Shown here: positions 36,892 through 46,344 of the stretch, in pieces
Numbering within the stretch: the stretch's first letter is position 1
Layout of the letters: every line of letters begins with the position of its first letter
IMG/VR virus record: IMGVR_UViG_3300042516_004811
Coordinates: 64,001-128,000 of that record
Length of the DNA: 64,000 nt
Origin: a virus
Strand: one strand, 5' to 3'
Program-made: the position numbers and the translations under genes
Notes under the pieces: model-generated
Told to the model about the DNA's origin: nothing
The model's database searches: none
The model's input: only the letters and a program-made list of their open reading frames with translations

Positions 36892-38405
36892 AGCTTGCCG
36901 CCTCGTCTTGAAATAAGTGAAGGTTTTTCACTGCTTCTTATTTCCTTCATGAGCTTCTTGCCCATCTCGGCTATCTCTATCTCTATGTTTTCTTTCAAAA
37001 CCTCTTCAACATCTTGTCCTGGCCTCGCAGCTTTAGAGTGGCTTAGTGGGTTAAAGATATTTATGCCAGATGGGTGAGCAATCATTAATTTGTTTATGCC
37101 TGACTCCTGGTACTTGTCTCGCATCTTTACGGCAAGCCTGTAGGAGCGAAGCATGTCCATACTTTCGGTGTTTGTGCGTGAAGTCATCCCCGTAGAAGAC
37201 ATGTACTCAATTTCTTCAATAGTAAATCCGTTCTTAACAAGGGTGTTGTTAATAAATGATTCGTTAACAACATCGCTTATATCCTGATTGGCGGCCATTT
37301 TCTGCAACTTGGTGAACGGGTAGTTAATTTGCTCAATTTCATCTATGTCAAATCCACCAAGCACATGTGCTTCAAGCGGTTTATGGGTTCTTTTCTCTGA
37401 ATCAAATTGCCCAGAGCGCCTCATTGAGCCAGACTCATCGAGTGAGCTGTTGACGTCTGCAAAATCCTTATCAATACTTGCCGCAAGCAGATTAAGCATT
37501 GTCTCCATTGACTCTATTTTTCCGTTTGAGCCATCTAGATTAGATAGGGCGTCAGATACATCTTCTTTATTTGTTGAGTTAAGGCGAACAGGCTTATTGC
37601 CATTTTTCACCCCATTACCCATTCCGTATGACACTCTTCCTGATACGCCGGGCTTTAGCACAACCTCTATTTCCCCATGGGCGGTCAATCCATCACCGAG
37701 AATATCTTCGTCACCTAATTCAAATATCGCATCTGACTCAACGTTGCCAATACCTGAAGACATTGCGAGCTGTCTTTTCTTTTTGATTTGGTCCTCGTGA
37801 ATTACGTACCCAGAGACCGGCATTAGCTCGTCAGGTACATCCTGACCAAGACCAACGCTTGCGTAATAATCCCTAGCAATGTCCGATGCCGCTCTTTCTA
37901 CGGTTTCTCCACCTAAAGGTTTTTGCTCACTGGTTGCACTTCTATTGCGGTTTCCGCCCGAACCTATCGTTCTGCCATTTATAACCTTTGGGGCGAGAAG
38001 ACCAATTCCTGACTCCGTAACAGCATCTGCTGCCTGATTAAATAATCGGGTTATTCGCACCGAATTATTTCTGTTGGTTTTGTGCTTCTTTTCTATCGCG
38101 GAAATCATTGATTCAACTTCGATGTCACCAACAAGCCCCATATCACCGAGTCTTGAGACTGCAGCAATTGCATAATCCGGCCCAATGTCCGTAGCTACAG
38201 ACGTAGCCGCTTTCATATACCCCGAGTCTCTGTCACGAGAAACAACTGAACGAAGCTCCCAAATGGTTTTTTTAATATTGTCTGATTCCTGCTTGCTGGC
38301 ACCAGAACGAGAAACAGCGGCAGAAATAAATCTATTTGCCCGAGCCTTTTCTGACTTCGTTATATTTCTTGCGCTAAATCCGCGCTGATTGTTGTTACTT
38401 GTCAT
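36888..38405 (-). CDS. protein with possible DUF3626-like (ADP-ribosyltransferase-like) domain
   Basis: PVSGY...HGEIEVVLK...LEAHVLGGFDIDEIEQI resembles the YG..VLK / EAQIHG pattern. Confidence 0.5.
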   Translation of the reverse strand: MTSNNNQRGFSARNITKSEKARANRFISAAVSRSGASKQESDNIKKTIWELRSVVSRDRDSGYMKAATSVATDIGPDYAIAAVSRLGDMGLVGDIEVESMISAIEKKHKTNRNNSVRITRLFNQAADAVTESGIGLLAPKVINGRTIGSGGNRNRSATSEQKPLGGETVERAASDIARDYYASVGLGQDVPDELMPVSGYVIHEDQIKKKRQLAMSSGIGNVESDAIFELGDEDILGDGLTAHGEIEVVLKPGVSGRVSYGMGNGVKNGNKPVRLNSTNKEDVSDALSNLDGSNGKIESMETMLNLLAASIDKDFADVNSSLDESGSMRRSGQFDSEKRTHKPLEAHVLGGFDIDEIEQINYPFTKLQKMAANQDISDVVNESFINNTLVKNGFTIEEIEYMSSTGMTSRTNTESMDMLRSYRLAVKMRDKYQESGINKLMIAHPSGINIFNPLSHSKAARPGQDVEEVLKENIEIEIAEMGKKLMKEIRSSEKPSLISRRGGKL

Positions 38406-38422
38406 TTAAATCATCCACCCAA

Positions 38423-41400
38423 CTAAACAACACTTCTTGTTGTTTCAGATAGTGAGTTGTTTGCCCCAGACCATCTATCTTGATGCATTAAACGCAGAAG
38501 AGCATTTCGACTTAAGTTAGCAAATATTCCAGGAGTAACAGGGAATGACATACCATCATGTTTTCTTGTTTTTTCAAAGTGTGCATTATCTGAGTGTGAG
38601 TGCATTTTATTCTCAACGTCAAGCTGGGCAGCTATTCCACTTATTCTCTGGTCGGCATCGAGGCCAACAGAGTCTGTGCCTCCATACATCCTGACATCAG
38701 GACTCATTCCCATGCTTTCAAGCTCAGTATGAACCTTGCCCCATGGGTCGGTTTCACCCTTTTCTAGTTTGAGTGTCCTAACTGCAGACGCAGGAAGTTT
38801 GAGTGGCTCCCCCGGTGGTGGCGTTAAATATGTATCAACTCCGTAAAGGTTGTCGAGTGCTCCAGGGTTGGCCGCAATAACGTCCTTTAACGGAATCATT
38901 ATTACATTGCTTGCTTCTGGGGTCTCTCTTTGCTGATGTCCGGAAACCCTGTGGTTAATAGAAAAATGTATTGTTCCCCTATATGTATCCCACGGTCTAC
39001 CATTGTCATCGAGTAGCGGTTGACCATTTTCATCAAGCATTGGGTAGTCGCCTGTTGGTCTTATAACTAAATTACCATCACTGTCGTACTGTGGTTCATA
39101 TGTAGTTTCGTGGACGAGATACAGGTCGTCTACTGACAGGCCACTAAAGCCGTTGGACCGAGAGGGGCGTGCTCTTCTTTGTATTTCTTCTTCTGAAGCG
39201 TCTGGCAATGCCCTTCTAAGTTCACTTAGGGTCTTCTCTCTTGCGGCAGCTTCCCTATCGATTGTTTCCTGTCGTAATTGGGCTATGTTTTTGCGACTTG
39301 CGTCAACTGTCTTCTGTCCGGCCTCGGCAAGGTCATCAAGTCTCTTTTGTGCGTCAGTGTCACCGCGCGTTGCTGCATAAAGTATTGAACTTGCTTCTGT
39401 TTTTGAATCATTACCTTCTTCATTAAGTCCAATTCCGGCAAGTGTCCACTTAATGGCCAACTCCCGGCCCTCGTCAGATGTCTCGTCAAGCCCAGAAATA
39501 ACAAATGGGTTAATTGGTAAAACTTCAACATCAGATATATCTGATTCCCATGACTGTTCATTGGGAACACCGAAGGCGACACGCTTTCCGCCTATCTCGT
39601 AAACTTCTATTTGGTCACGCCAATTTTCCCCGAGAGAGATTGAAGCACGACTGCTCTTTATTTTGGAAGTTTGTGGGGATATCGAGCCAGGCTTAAGTGT
39701 TCTCTCCACCCTTCCGCTAGAGAGGGTCACTCGTGGTTCGCCGCGAAGAACCGGCACTGGCGGTAGCCCGATGGGAGGCCCAGTTTCGCCCGCGTCGTTG
39801 ATTGCCTCAACACCAGTTATTCTGTCTCGCATTTCGCGCACTCGTTCTGCGCTTGCATCTCGTAAGCGCCTTGCTCTGCGTCCAGCAGATTCACGCGCTG
39901 TAGCTATTCTTTCCCTGTTTTCTGGTGTATCAACCATCCTGCGCGCGCCCCTTGCTGCAGAAACTGCGGCATCCTTGAGCGGTTCGGGCAGCCCCTCTGG
40001 GGCAACTCTATTCATTCTCTTAAGAATCATCTTTGCTTGTTCATCGTTGATTCTGTCGTCTTCCTTAAGTTTTTCAACAACAAACTCTGCTAGGTCTCTG
40101 CTTCCTCTTCTGGCTAGTTCCATTCCAAGTTTCGTGAGTGCAGCTTGAGGACCAAAACGCATCGCTGCGGCCGTATCAACGACAAGCTCCATGACTTCTT
40201 TCTCTTCATCATCGAGGCCCATTCGTTCAGCTATCTGATTCATCGCCCTGCCCTTTAGGCGCTCACCGATGCCCTTTTTGACTGCCCCACTGCTAAGGGA
40301 TTCGCTTTGCATGGCTCTTCTGAAGCCGTCTTCTCTTGTGCCAGATGAGTTGCGTCTCAGTATTCTTTCTATGCGTCTTGAAGCAACTGGAGAATCGTCA
40401 GAGCTTGATGCGAGTGGTGAACGAACCGTTCCAGTTATGAGCATTTCATCAACTTCTGATTCCCTCATTCTCACATGGGCGCGCCTATCTAGGCCAGAAT
40501 GCATTCTGTATGCGGTTTCCTCGATTAGTGAATGAAGTTCTTCATCTGGAAGGTTCATAATTAATTCGGCAACACGTGGGTCAATATTTTCCTTTGATAG
40601 TTCTGGGAATTCTTTTGAGCCTTTGCCTGAAAGTATGTTTCTTATTTCCTTAGCGTTGCTGGAGATTTTACTGCGTCGAGACTCGGTTCTCTGTGCTCTT
40701 GTTTGTTTTGGACCATATATTGAACGTCCGGATGACAATGATTCGCTTGCGCCCTGAAGGTCAACATCATCTATACCTTCACCAAAGCTTGAGCCAGCAT
40801 CAACTACCTGTTCATTGATGGATGAGTTTGTCTCTGCTATCTGTTTATCGCTGTCGTTTCTAGGGGAATCTATATCTCTGCTTTCCCGGCGTGCAGTCAC
40901 ATATTCATTGACAACCTTGCCAACCCTATTGGATGCACCTTTTCGCCAAATTGCGTCATCAGTGCCGTTAGAAAGAGAATCCCTCAATGACTCGGCAGCC
41001 TCAACTGCATTCTTCTGAGATGAAACCTCCATGTAGATTGTTCCATCGTCACCACGAGACACAACACGCAAAGAGCCGGGAGGTAGAATGAATCTGCTCT
41101 CCCCATCTTCTCCAGGAGACGAGAATATTCCCTTGTCTCCCTCCTTCAGAGAAATTACAACGCGCTTCTTCTTCTTGCCTTCGGGGGCATCAGATTCTTG
41201 CTGTCTTGTCAGCTTCGTTGGTCTACGGCCCTTGGGCATAAGCCTGCCCGTAACGAGGCTGTCTATCTGAACATCTTTTCCAACAGAGCGGCCGGAAACC
41301 TTACCAGACTCAACTTCTACGATTGCCTCAATCTCGAAAGGCTCTGTTATGGAGGTGGCATCTATCGCCTCCATTGTTGGAATCAAAACATTCTGCACTT

Positions 41401-44400
41401 GCCTATCAAGGGGGGCTTCAGAAGATGAATTTTCATCTACCTCAAGACCAAGCCTTGCAAGGCGAGCGTTGCGACGATTTATTGCACGACCAGCGGAAAC
41501 TTGTTTCTGTGGGTCCAAAACATTAGAGATATCCACGTCTTCACCAGTACCAATCTGGCGAATGGCTTCACGTTGACGTGGCGTAAGTCGTCTTGATTGA
41601 CTCGCCCTACGAGACTTAACAAATGAATCAGCATCCGCTTTCGATTTGAATTTTCTAGTTGGTTTTGGTTTAGGGCTGTTTAGGGCTTCAATTTTTTCAT
41701 CGATTTCTTTACTAATTCTCGACCTGCTGCGTTTATCTCCACCAGCCCTAAGTTTTTCAATCATGGCATTCTTCATGGTGTCGAATTCTTCAGCTAGTTC
41801 TACTGATTTGTCGACATCATCAGAATTTGCCTTCATCAGAACTTGGGTGTCGGCCATTTTTCTGATGGCTTTTTTATCATCGATTTGTGTTATGTCTTCA
41901 GAAATAGCATCAAGCTGTCTTGCTCTTGCATTTTTAGCAGCTTCCGATGGACTAAGTAGGCCGCGAGACTCCCTTAGTGACCCTACTTCTGCGTCAAATC
42001 TTGCGTTTTCCGAACGAGCACCAATTCCATACTTCTTTTTCCATTCACGACGTGCATCGTCGTACTTCTTCTCATGGAATTGAGCCTCTTCTATGGCTAT
42101 ATCAAGAAGCTCTTGTCTGGCTCTTGTTGCAGCATCTGTTTCTTCCGGTGTTAAGCCAGATGGGATTTCCGACTTTTCTATTTCATCCAGACTTTCTTTA
42201 GCGATAGTGTAATCTGTCGCTATTTCTGTAGCAACATCAAACATCTCCTCCTGAGTGAGTCCCGAATAGTCACTTCTGAAAGCTTTTAGAGTTTCTCTCC
42301 TGTCGGCAACCCTACGGACTAGCGCTTCTTCTGCCATTGCGTCTAGTTCTTCTGGCGTTATTCCAGGAAGAACGTCTGCTGTTGGTGAATCAATGTCTGG
42401 AGAATCAACCTCATCCAGGTCATATGTTGCGCTTGCGATTGCTGCCGAAGTTTCAGCTCTCTTTGCCATGATGTCATCCATGAACTCCAGAACCGAGTCG
42501 ACGTCATCGCCGCTTATAAGTTTTTGTTCCCTCAGCGCATAAAGTTCAGCAAGGGCTTCTAGCGCCCATATTTCGCTTCCCTTTTCATATTCTCTTGGAT
42601 ATGCGCCAGAGAACTGAGCAACACCCTCTAGGCGGCTCATCACATCACCAAGTTCTTTAAGGTTTATCCCGTCAGCTGTTTGTGTCATCATGTTCATGAT
42701 GTCGCCAGCGCTTAAGTCGTAAAGGCTATTTATCTTTTTCTGCCCTAGATAGTCGCCGCGCTTAGAGAACTGCGGAACCTCAAGCATTCCGGCTTTTGCT
42801 CTGCGGTCAATCTCCTCCATGAATCCCTGAGCCTGGACCAAGTGGGCAAATTCGTGTATCCCTATGTGTCTCGTGAATGATTTTGGACCATCTACGAGTC
42901 CAGCCATGTGGCGAGCCGCAAGGTCAGCGTTTAGCATAAAATGTGAAAGAGCCATCTGAGATTCGGCGTCTGTTCTTCCGCCAATGGCAGCTATTGACAG
43001 GCGCTGGCCAGCACCCATGTTTGGAAGCATGGTTTCCTGGTTGCTCATAATCATGTCCATGTTGAAGTCGATTACCCCACGCATTTCCCCGGGTATTTTG
43101 ACTTTTCTTGTTTTCCCAGTAACAGGGTCAGTCATGTCGATAATTTGAGCAGCATCGCGCATTAGTGATGTTCCGGCCTCGTGGTTCGAGTCCGAGTCGT
43201 ACATGATTGTTCCAAGAAACTTTGCTGCAGATGGGTTTCTCTTGAACTGAACTAGCAGGGACTCAAGGAATGCTCTTTCGGTTTCGTAATATCTTGCAGT
43301 ATCAGCCTTGACCATGAGGTCTTGTTCTTCTTTTGAGAGTGAAGTCCATCCCTGAACGGCCTGTAGGCGGGCTGTGACAAACTGCTCGACTTGTTGTGGT
43401 GTCAGTCTTGGCTGGTCTACTCCGTTTGCGTTGACAAGGTTTACATCCCATCCGCGTGGGTCGCCATTATTAGCCATCTGTCGCAGTGTGTCAAATGCTT
43501 GACCAAGGTCTTCATTCGTGGCTCTCGCCTCATCACTTATGTCGACACCAAGGTCATCCAGTAGACTGAGAACTTCAGCATCAGCTCGCGCAATTTCATC
43601 TTGCGCGTTAATCATCCCATTAGTTGTTACGCGGAGATTTTCTGGGCCATCAACGTCACGCCAGTCAGGTGTTTCTATTCTTTCGCCAGTTGCTGCGTCA
43701 TACCATGGACTGCGACCAATTCTTGCTGGGTCAGCATCAGCTAAGTCACGAAACCATCTTCCGTTGTAAACAAAGTCAAGTACATTTCGTGCACTGTTTC
43801 TAAGTCCCTGCATTTCTCCTTGGTTGGAGAGTTCTGCGGCCTGGCGAGCAGCAAATCTTGCGAATCTACTAGCACTGAACCCAAAGCAGTTTGAGCCCAT
43901 GGCGTCCGTAAACTGGTTAGCTGCTGGCGTTCCTGGAGGACACCTAAACTTATTATTTTCATCTCTAAGTATTCCAACTGCTGCAGCTGCCCTTGCTAGC
44001 AATGAACCGCCAGGAACTCGCGCACCAAGATTGGGTCCTAATGATTTTTCTTCTACGTTTTTGCCCTTGTTGAGCCTTCTTCTGCGTTCCTCCATTGTCA
44101 TGCCTGTTGACATTGCAAATGGGTCGACAATTTTTTCAGAAGATGTGTCAACTTCGTCAGTCTTAGGGTTTACATCAAACTTAGATATTTTTATGTGTGG
44201 TTTATTTCGCAGCTTATTCAGCAGCTTGTCAAACGAATCAACTTCGCGTTCCTTTTCTGGAATCCAGCCAAAATTAGGCTCGATATCCATTCCGCGAATG
44301 CTCTCAATTGTTGGCGATAGAACAAGCTTTGAGCCCGGTTCCCATCTGGCTTCTGGTTTCCACCTATACCCGTATGCGTTTTTTTCAACACCGGGCATTG

Positions 44401-44635
44401 ATTCCCCGGTGAATTCACGCTTTTTATTGTCAGTGTTTCCCTCGTCTTGTTTGCGAGAGATGTCCCAACCAAGCGCCTTTACGGCTATATCTGCTTGAAG
44501 CCTGCCTGAGTAGACGCTTCCGTTGATTGATTGCTTGAAACGAAGCGCTCTAGCATCGAAGTCCCTACAGCAGGCAACTGGAGATACTAGACGTCCAGAC
44601 GTTATTACCCTGTGCTTTACCGGTTCACCCGACAT
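38423..44635 (-). CDS. 2070-aa polyvalent protein: RCPPG..QFTD motif, zincin, degenerate VIP2-like ART, C-terminal domain paralogous to the 1210-aa protein
   Basis: HEFAH...EALAE; ISLKEGDKG...ESRFILPPG; three LSSG motifs; LSVDDLYLVHET domain. Confidence 0.75.
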   Translation of the reverse strand: MSGEPVKHRVITSGRLVSPVACCRDFDARALRFKQSINGSVYSGRLQADIAVKALGWDISRKQDEGNTDNKKREFTGESMPGVEKNAYGYRWKPEARWEPGSKLVLSPTIESIRGMDIEPNFGWIPEKEREVDSFDKLLNKLRNKPHIKISKFDVNPKTDEVDTSSEKIVDPFAMSTGMTMEERRRRLNKGKNVEEKSLGPNLGARVPGGSLLARAAAAVGILRDENNKFRCPPGTPAANQFTDAMGSNCFGFSASRFARFAARQAAELSNQGEMQGLRNSARNVLDFVYNGRWFRDLADADPARIGRSPWYDAATGERIETPDWRDVDGPENLRVTTNGMINAQDEIARADAEVLSLLDDLGVDISDEARATNEDLGQAFDTLRQMANNGDPRGWDVNLVNANGVDQPRLTPQQVEQFVTARLQAVQGWTSLSKEEQDLMVKADTARYYETERAFLESLLVQFKRNPSAAKFLGTIMYDSDSNHEAGTSLMRDAAQIIDMTDPVTGKTRKVKIPGEMRGVIDFNMDMIMSNQETMLPNMGAGQRLSIAAIGGRTDAESQMALSHFMLNADLAARHMAGLVDGPKSFTRHIGIHEFAHLVQAQGFMEEIDRRAKAGMLEVPQFSKRGDYLGQKKINSLYDLSAGDIMNMMTQTADGINLKELGDVMSRLEGVAQFSGAYPREYEKGSEIWALEALAELYALREQKLISGDDVDSVLEFMDDIMAKRAETSAAIASATYDLDEVDSPDIDSPTADVLPGITPEELDAMAEEALVRRVADRRETLKAFRSDYSGLTQEEMFDVATEIATDYTIAKESLDEIEKSEIPSGLTPEETDAATRARQELLDIAIEEAQFHEKKYDDARREWKKKYGIGARSENARFDAEVGSLRESRGLLSPSEAAKNARARQLDAISEDITQIDDKKAIRKMADTQVLMKANSDDVDKSVELAEEFDTMKNAMIEKLRAGGDKRSRSRISKEIDEKIEALNSPKPKPTRKFKSKADADSFVKSRRASQSRRLTPRQREAIRQIGTGEDVDISNVLDPQKQVSAGRAINRRNARLARLGLEVDENSSSEAPLDRQVQNVLIPTMEAIDATSITEPFEIEAIVEVESGKVSGRSVGKDVQIDSLVTGRLMPKGRRPTKLTRQQESDAPEGKKKKRVVISLKEGDKGIFSSPGEDGESRFILPPGSLRVVSRGDDGTIYMEVSSQKNAVEAAESLRDSLSNGTDDAIWRKGASNRVGKVVNEYVTARRESRDIDSPRNDSDKQIAETNSSINEQVVDAGSSFGEGIDDVDLQGASESLSSGRSIYGPKQTRAQRTESRRSKISSNAKEIRNILSGKGSKEFPELSKENIDPRVAELIMNLPDEELHSLIEETAYRMHSGLDRRAHVRMRESEVDEMLITGTVRSPLASSSDDSPVASRRIERILRRNSSGTREDGFRRAMQSESLSSGAVKKGIGERLKGRAMNQIAERMGLDDEEKEVMELVVDTAAAMRFGPQAALTKLGMELARRGSRDLAEFVVEKLKEDDRINDEQAKMILKRMNRVAPEGLPEPLKDAAVSAARGARRMVDTPENRERIATARESAGRRARRLRDASAERVREMRDRITGVEAINDAGETGPPIGLPPVPVLRGEPRVTLSSGRVERTLKPGSISPQTSKIKSSRASISLGENWRDQIEVYEIGGKRVAFGVPNEQSWESDISDVEVLPINPFVISGLDETSDEGRELAIKWTLAGIGLNEEGNDSKTEASSILYAATRGDTDAQKRLDDLAEAGQKTVDASRKNIAQLRQETIDREAAAREKTLSELRRALPDASEEEIQRRARPSRSNGFSGLSVDDLYLVHETTYEPQYDSDGNLVIRPTGDYPMLDENGQPLLDDNGRPWDTYRGTIHFSINHRVSGHQQRETPEASNVIMIPLKDVIAANPGALDNLYGVDTYLTPPPGEPLKLPASAVRTLKLEKGETDPWGKVHTELESMGMSPDVRMYGGTDSVGLDADQRISGIAAQLDVENKMHSHSDNAHFEKTRKHDGMSFPVTPGIFANLSRNALLRLMHQDRWSGANNSLSETTRSVV

Positions 44636-44649
44636 ATCGGGGACCTCGG

Positions 44650-46227
44650 TTACTTATCGTCGATTGAGTCTTCGAGAAGCTGGAACTCGACGAGGGCCGC
44701 CATGAAATCCGCATCACCCAGCTCCTCGCTCTTTTCCTTGCTTCCGGCAAGCCAGTTTGCGGGGATAAGGCTTTCGAGTTTAAGGTCGCGAGCGCGCTTC
44801 ATAATATGGCGCTTGGCAGCCTCTTTGTCTTTTGCCCTACCGAAAGCCTGAATTGCATTTCTTAGGTCGGACTCTGAAACGATTGGATATGAACCGTCAG
44901 GAAGAGCCATACCTTCCTTGGCAAGTTCCATTCTTCTCTCTTCAGAAAAAGCTCTCTTGATTGCAATCTCAGCTGCTTCTGCTTCAATCTGCTCAACCTC
45001 ATCAGCTTCATACTTGTCATAACCGAGCACTTCGCCATCAAGGGCAACGAAGACGTCGTACGACTTTCCGTCAAATCCTTCGATTTCTACAGCATAAGCA
45101 TCAAAACCTTCGAAAACATCTGGCTCTACCGCAACAACATGTCCATCAATTGACTTGACGGCGATTTCTGCTGCTTCGGTGAAATCAATGAGCTTGTATT
45201 CAGAAAAGCCAGACTTCTGTTCAAATTCTGATTCATCGAGCTTCTGGAAGCCCAAAACTTCTGCGCTTGTTCCGTCGATGAATACTTCCTTGACGGAACC
45301 ATCCTTTGTCTGTACGTCAACAACAAACATGTCTGCTGGCTGCGAGTAGCCGGAGTCAACAACAACACCATCGAACATTTTTTCTGCCAAACCTTCGACG
45401 TGTAGCAGTCCGGGCAGACCCTTTTCAGCAACACAACCACCTGGGCAGTCGTCGCAAACAGGAGAAGAACCCGCATAGGCTTTTCTCTCTATTGCACATA
45501 GATATCCGTGAGCGCCAAGGTCAGCTGTCTTTATTCCAAGGGACTTAATTCGTGACCTGCGAATGTCTTCCCACTCTGAGTCGCGAGCAGAGAATGACTT
45601 CTCGCCCATAATGAGCTCATCGTCTTCGTCTTCCTCGTATTCCTCGTCCTCTTCGTCCTCGTCTGACATTTCTTCGTCTTCCGACATTTCTTCGTCGTCT
45701 GACTCTTCGTCATCATCTTCTGAGTCGATTTCTACCTCAAGCTTTGCAGCCTTCGCCTTGCCCATAGTTCTTTGAGCAGAAGACTCCTCGTCTTCGTCAC
45801 CCATTGACTCCATGTCCATTTCGGCTTCGTCAAGCGCTGCCTCTTCGCCCTCGTCATCAGCCATTATTACCTGGCCAGGAACTGGGACCCTCTTGGGCTT
45901 CATCTCTTTAGATGATTTCTCCATTGGCTCGCCGTCTTCGTCTTCTTCCTCTTCGGTGTCTGCCTCAAGGTCAACTTCCATTACGCCAACAACGCCACCT
46001 TCTGCAGGCTTCTTCTTCGGCTTCATTTCCGGAGCTTCCATGGCCATTTCCTTCTCCTCCAACTCAGAGGCGGGAACCATCTTCATCTCAACAGGCATGG
46101 CGCCGCACTTTGCGCACAACTCCGAACCCTTAACAAAACCGCAGTCAGCGGCACTAGCGCCTTTGGCGCACTTAAGAACGTTGCCCTCGGCGTCAATGCT
46201 GACTGTGGCTTTCTCGTCGTAGCTCAT
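44650..46227 (-). CDS. acidic protein with Cys motifs, two PepSY-like domains and a C-terminal DUF6582-like domain
   Basis: EAAEIAVKSIDGHVVAVE...YAVEI...DGKSYDVFVALDGEVL; ALPDGSYPI...DLRNAIQAFGRA...HIMKRA; ATG after GGGAG. Confidence 0.7.
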   Translation of the reverse strand: MSYDEKATVSIDAEGNVLKCAKGASAADCGFVKGSELCAKCGAMPVEMKMVPASELEEKEMAMEAPEMKPKKKPAEGGVVGVMEVDLEADTEEEEDEDGEPMEKSSKEMKPKRVPVPGQVIMADDEGEEAALDEAEMDMESMGDEDEESSAQRTMGKAKAAKLEVEIDSEDDDEESDDEEMSEDEEMSDEDEEDEEYEEDEDDELIMGEKSFSARDSEWEDIRRSRIKSLGIKTADLGAHGYLCAIERKAYAGSSPVCDDCPGGCVAEKGLPGLLHVEGLAEKMFDGVVVDSGYSQPADMFVVDVQTKDGSVKEVFIDGTSAEVLGFQKLDESEFEQKSGFSEYKLIDFTEAAEIAVKSIDGHVVAVEPDVFEGFDAYAVEIEGFDGKSYDVFVALDGEVLGYDKYEADEVEQIEAEAAEIAIKRAFSEERRMELAKEGMALPDGSYPIVSESDLRNAIQAFGRAKDKEAAKRHIMKRARDLKLESLIPANWLAGSKEKSEELGDADFMAALVEFQLLEDSIDDK

Positions 46228-46344
46228 AGAACTCCCGTAAATGCAGGGAAATGCCATAGGGACATTAACCAATCAATTTGCTTAAATTATAACGTATCAG
46301 AACCTTGCGCGCTAATTAGTAACGTTTGCTAATTTGCTTGCCTG

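Noticed and set aside
38423-44635. Tape measure protein call for the 2070-aa ORF
   Set aside because: It lies between protease and capsid, has enzyme-like domains, and lacks tail chaperone/tube neighbours or tape-measure repeats
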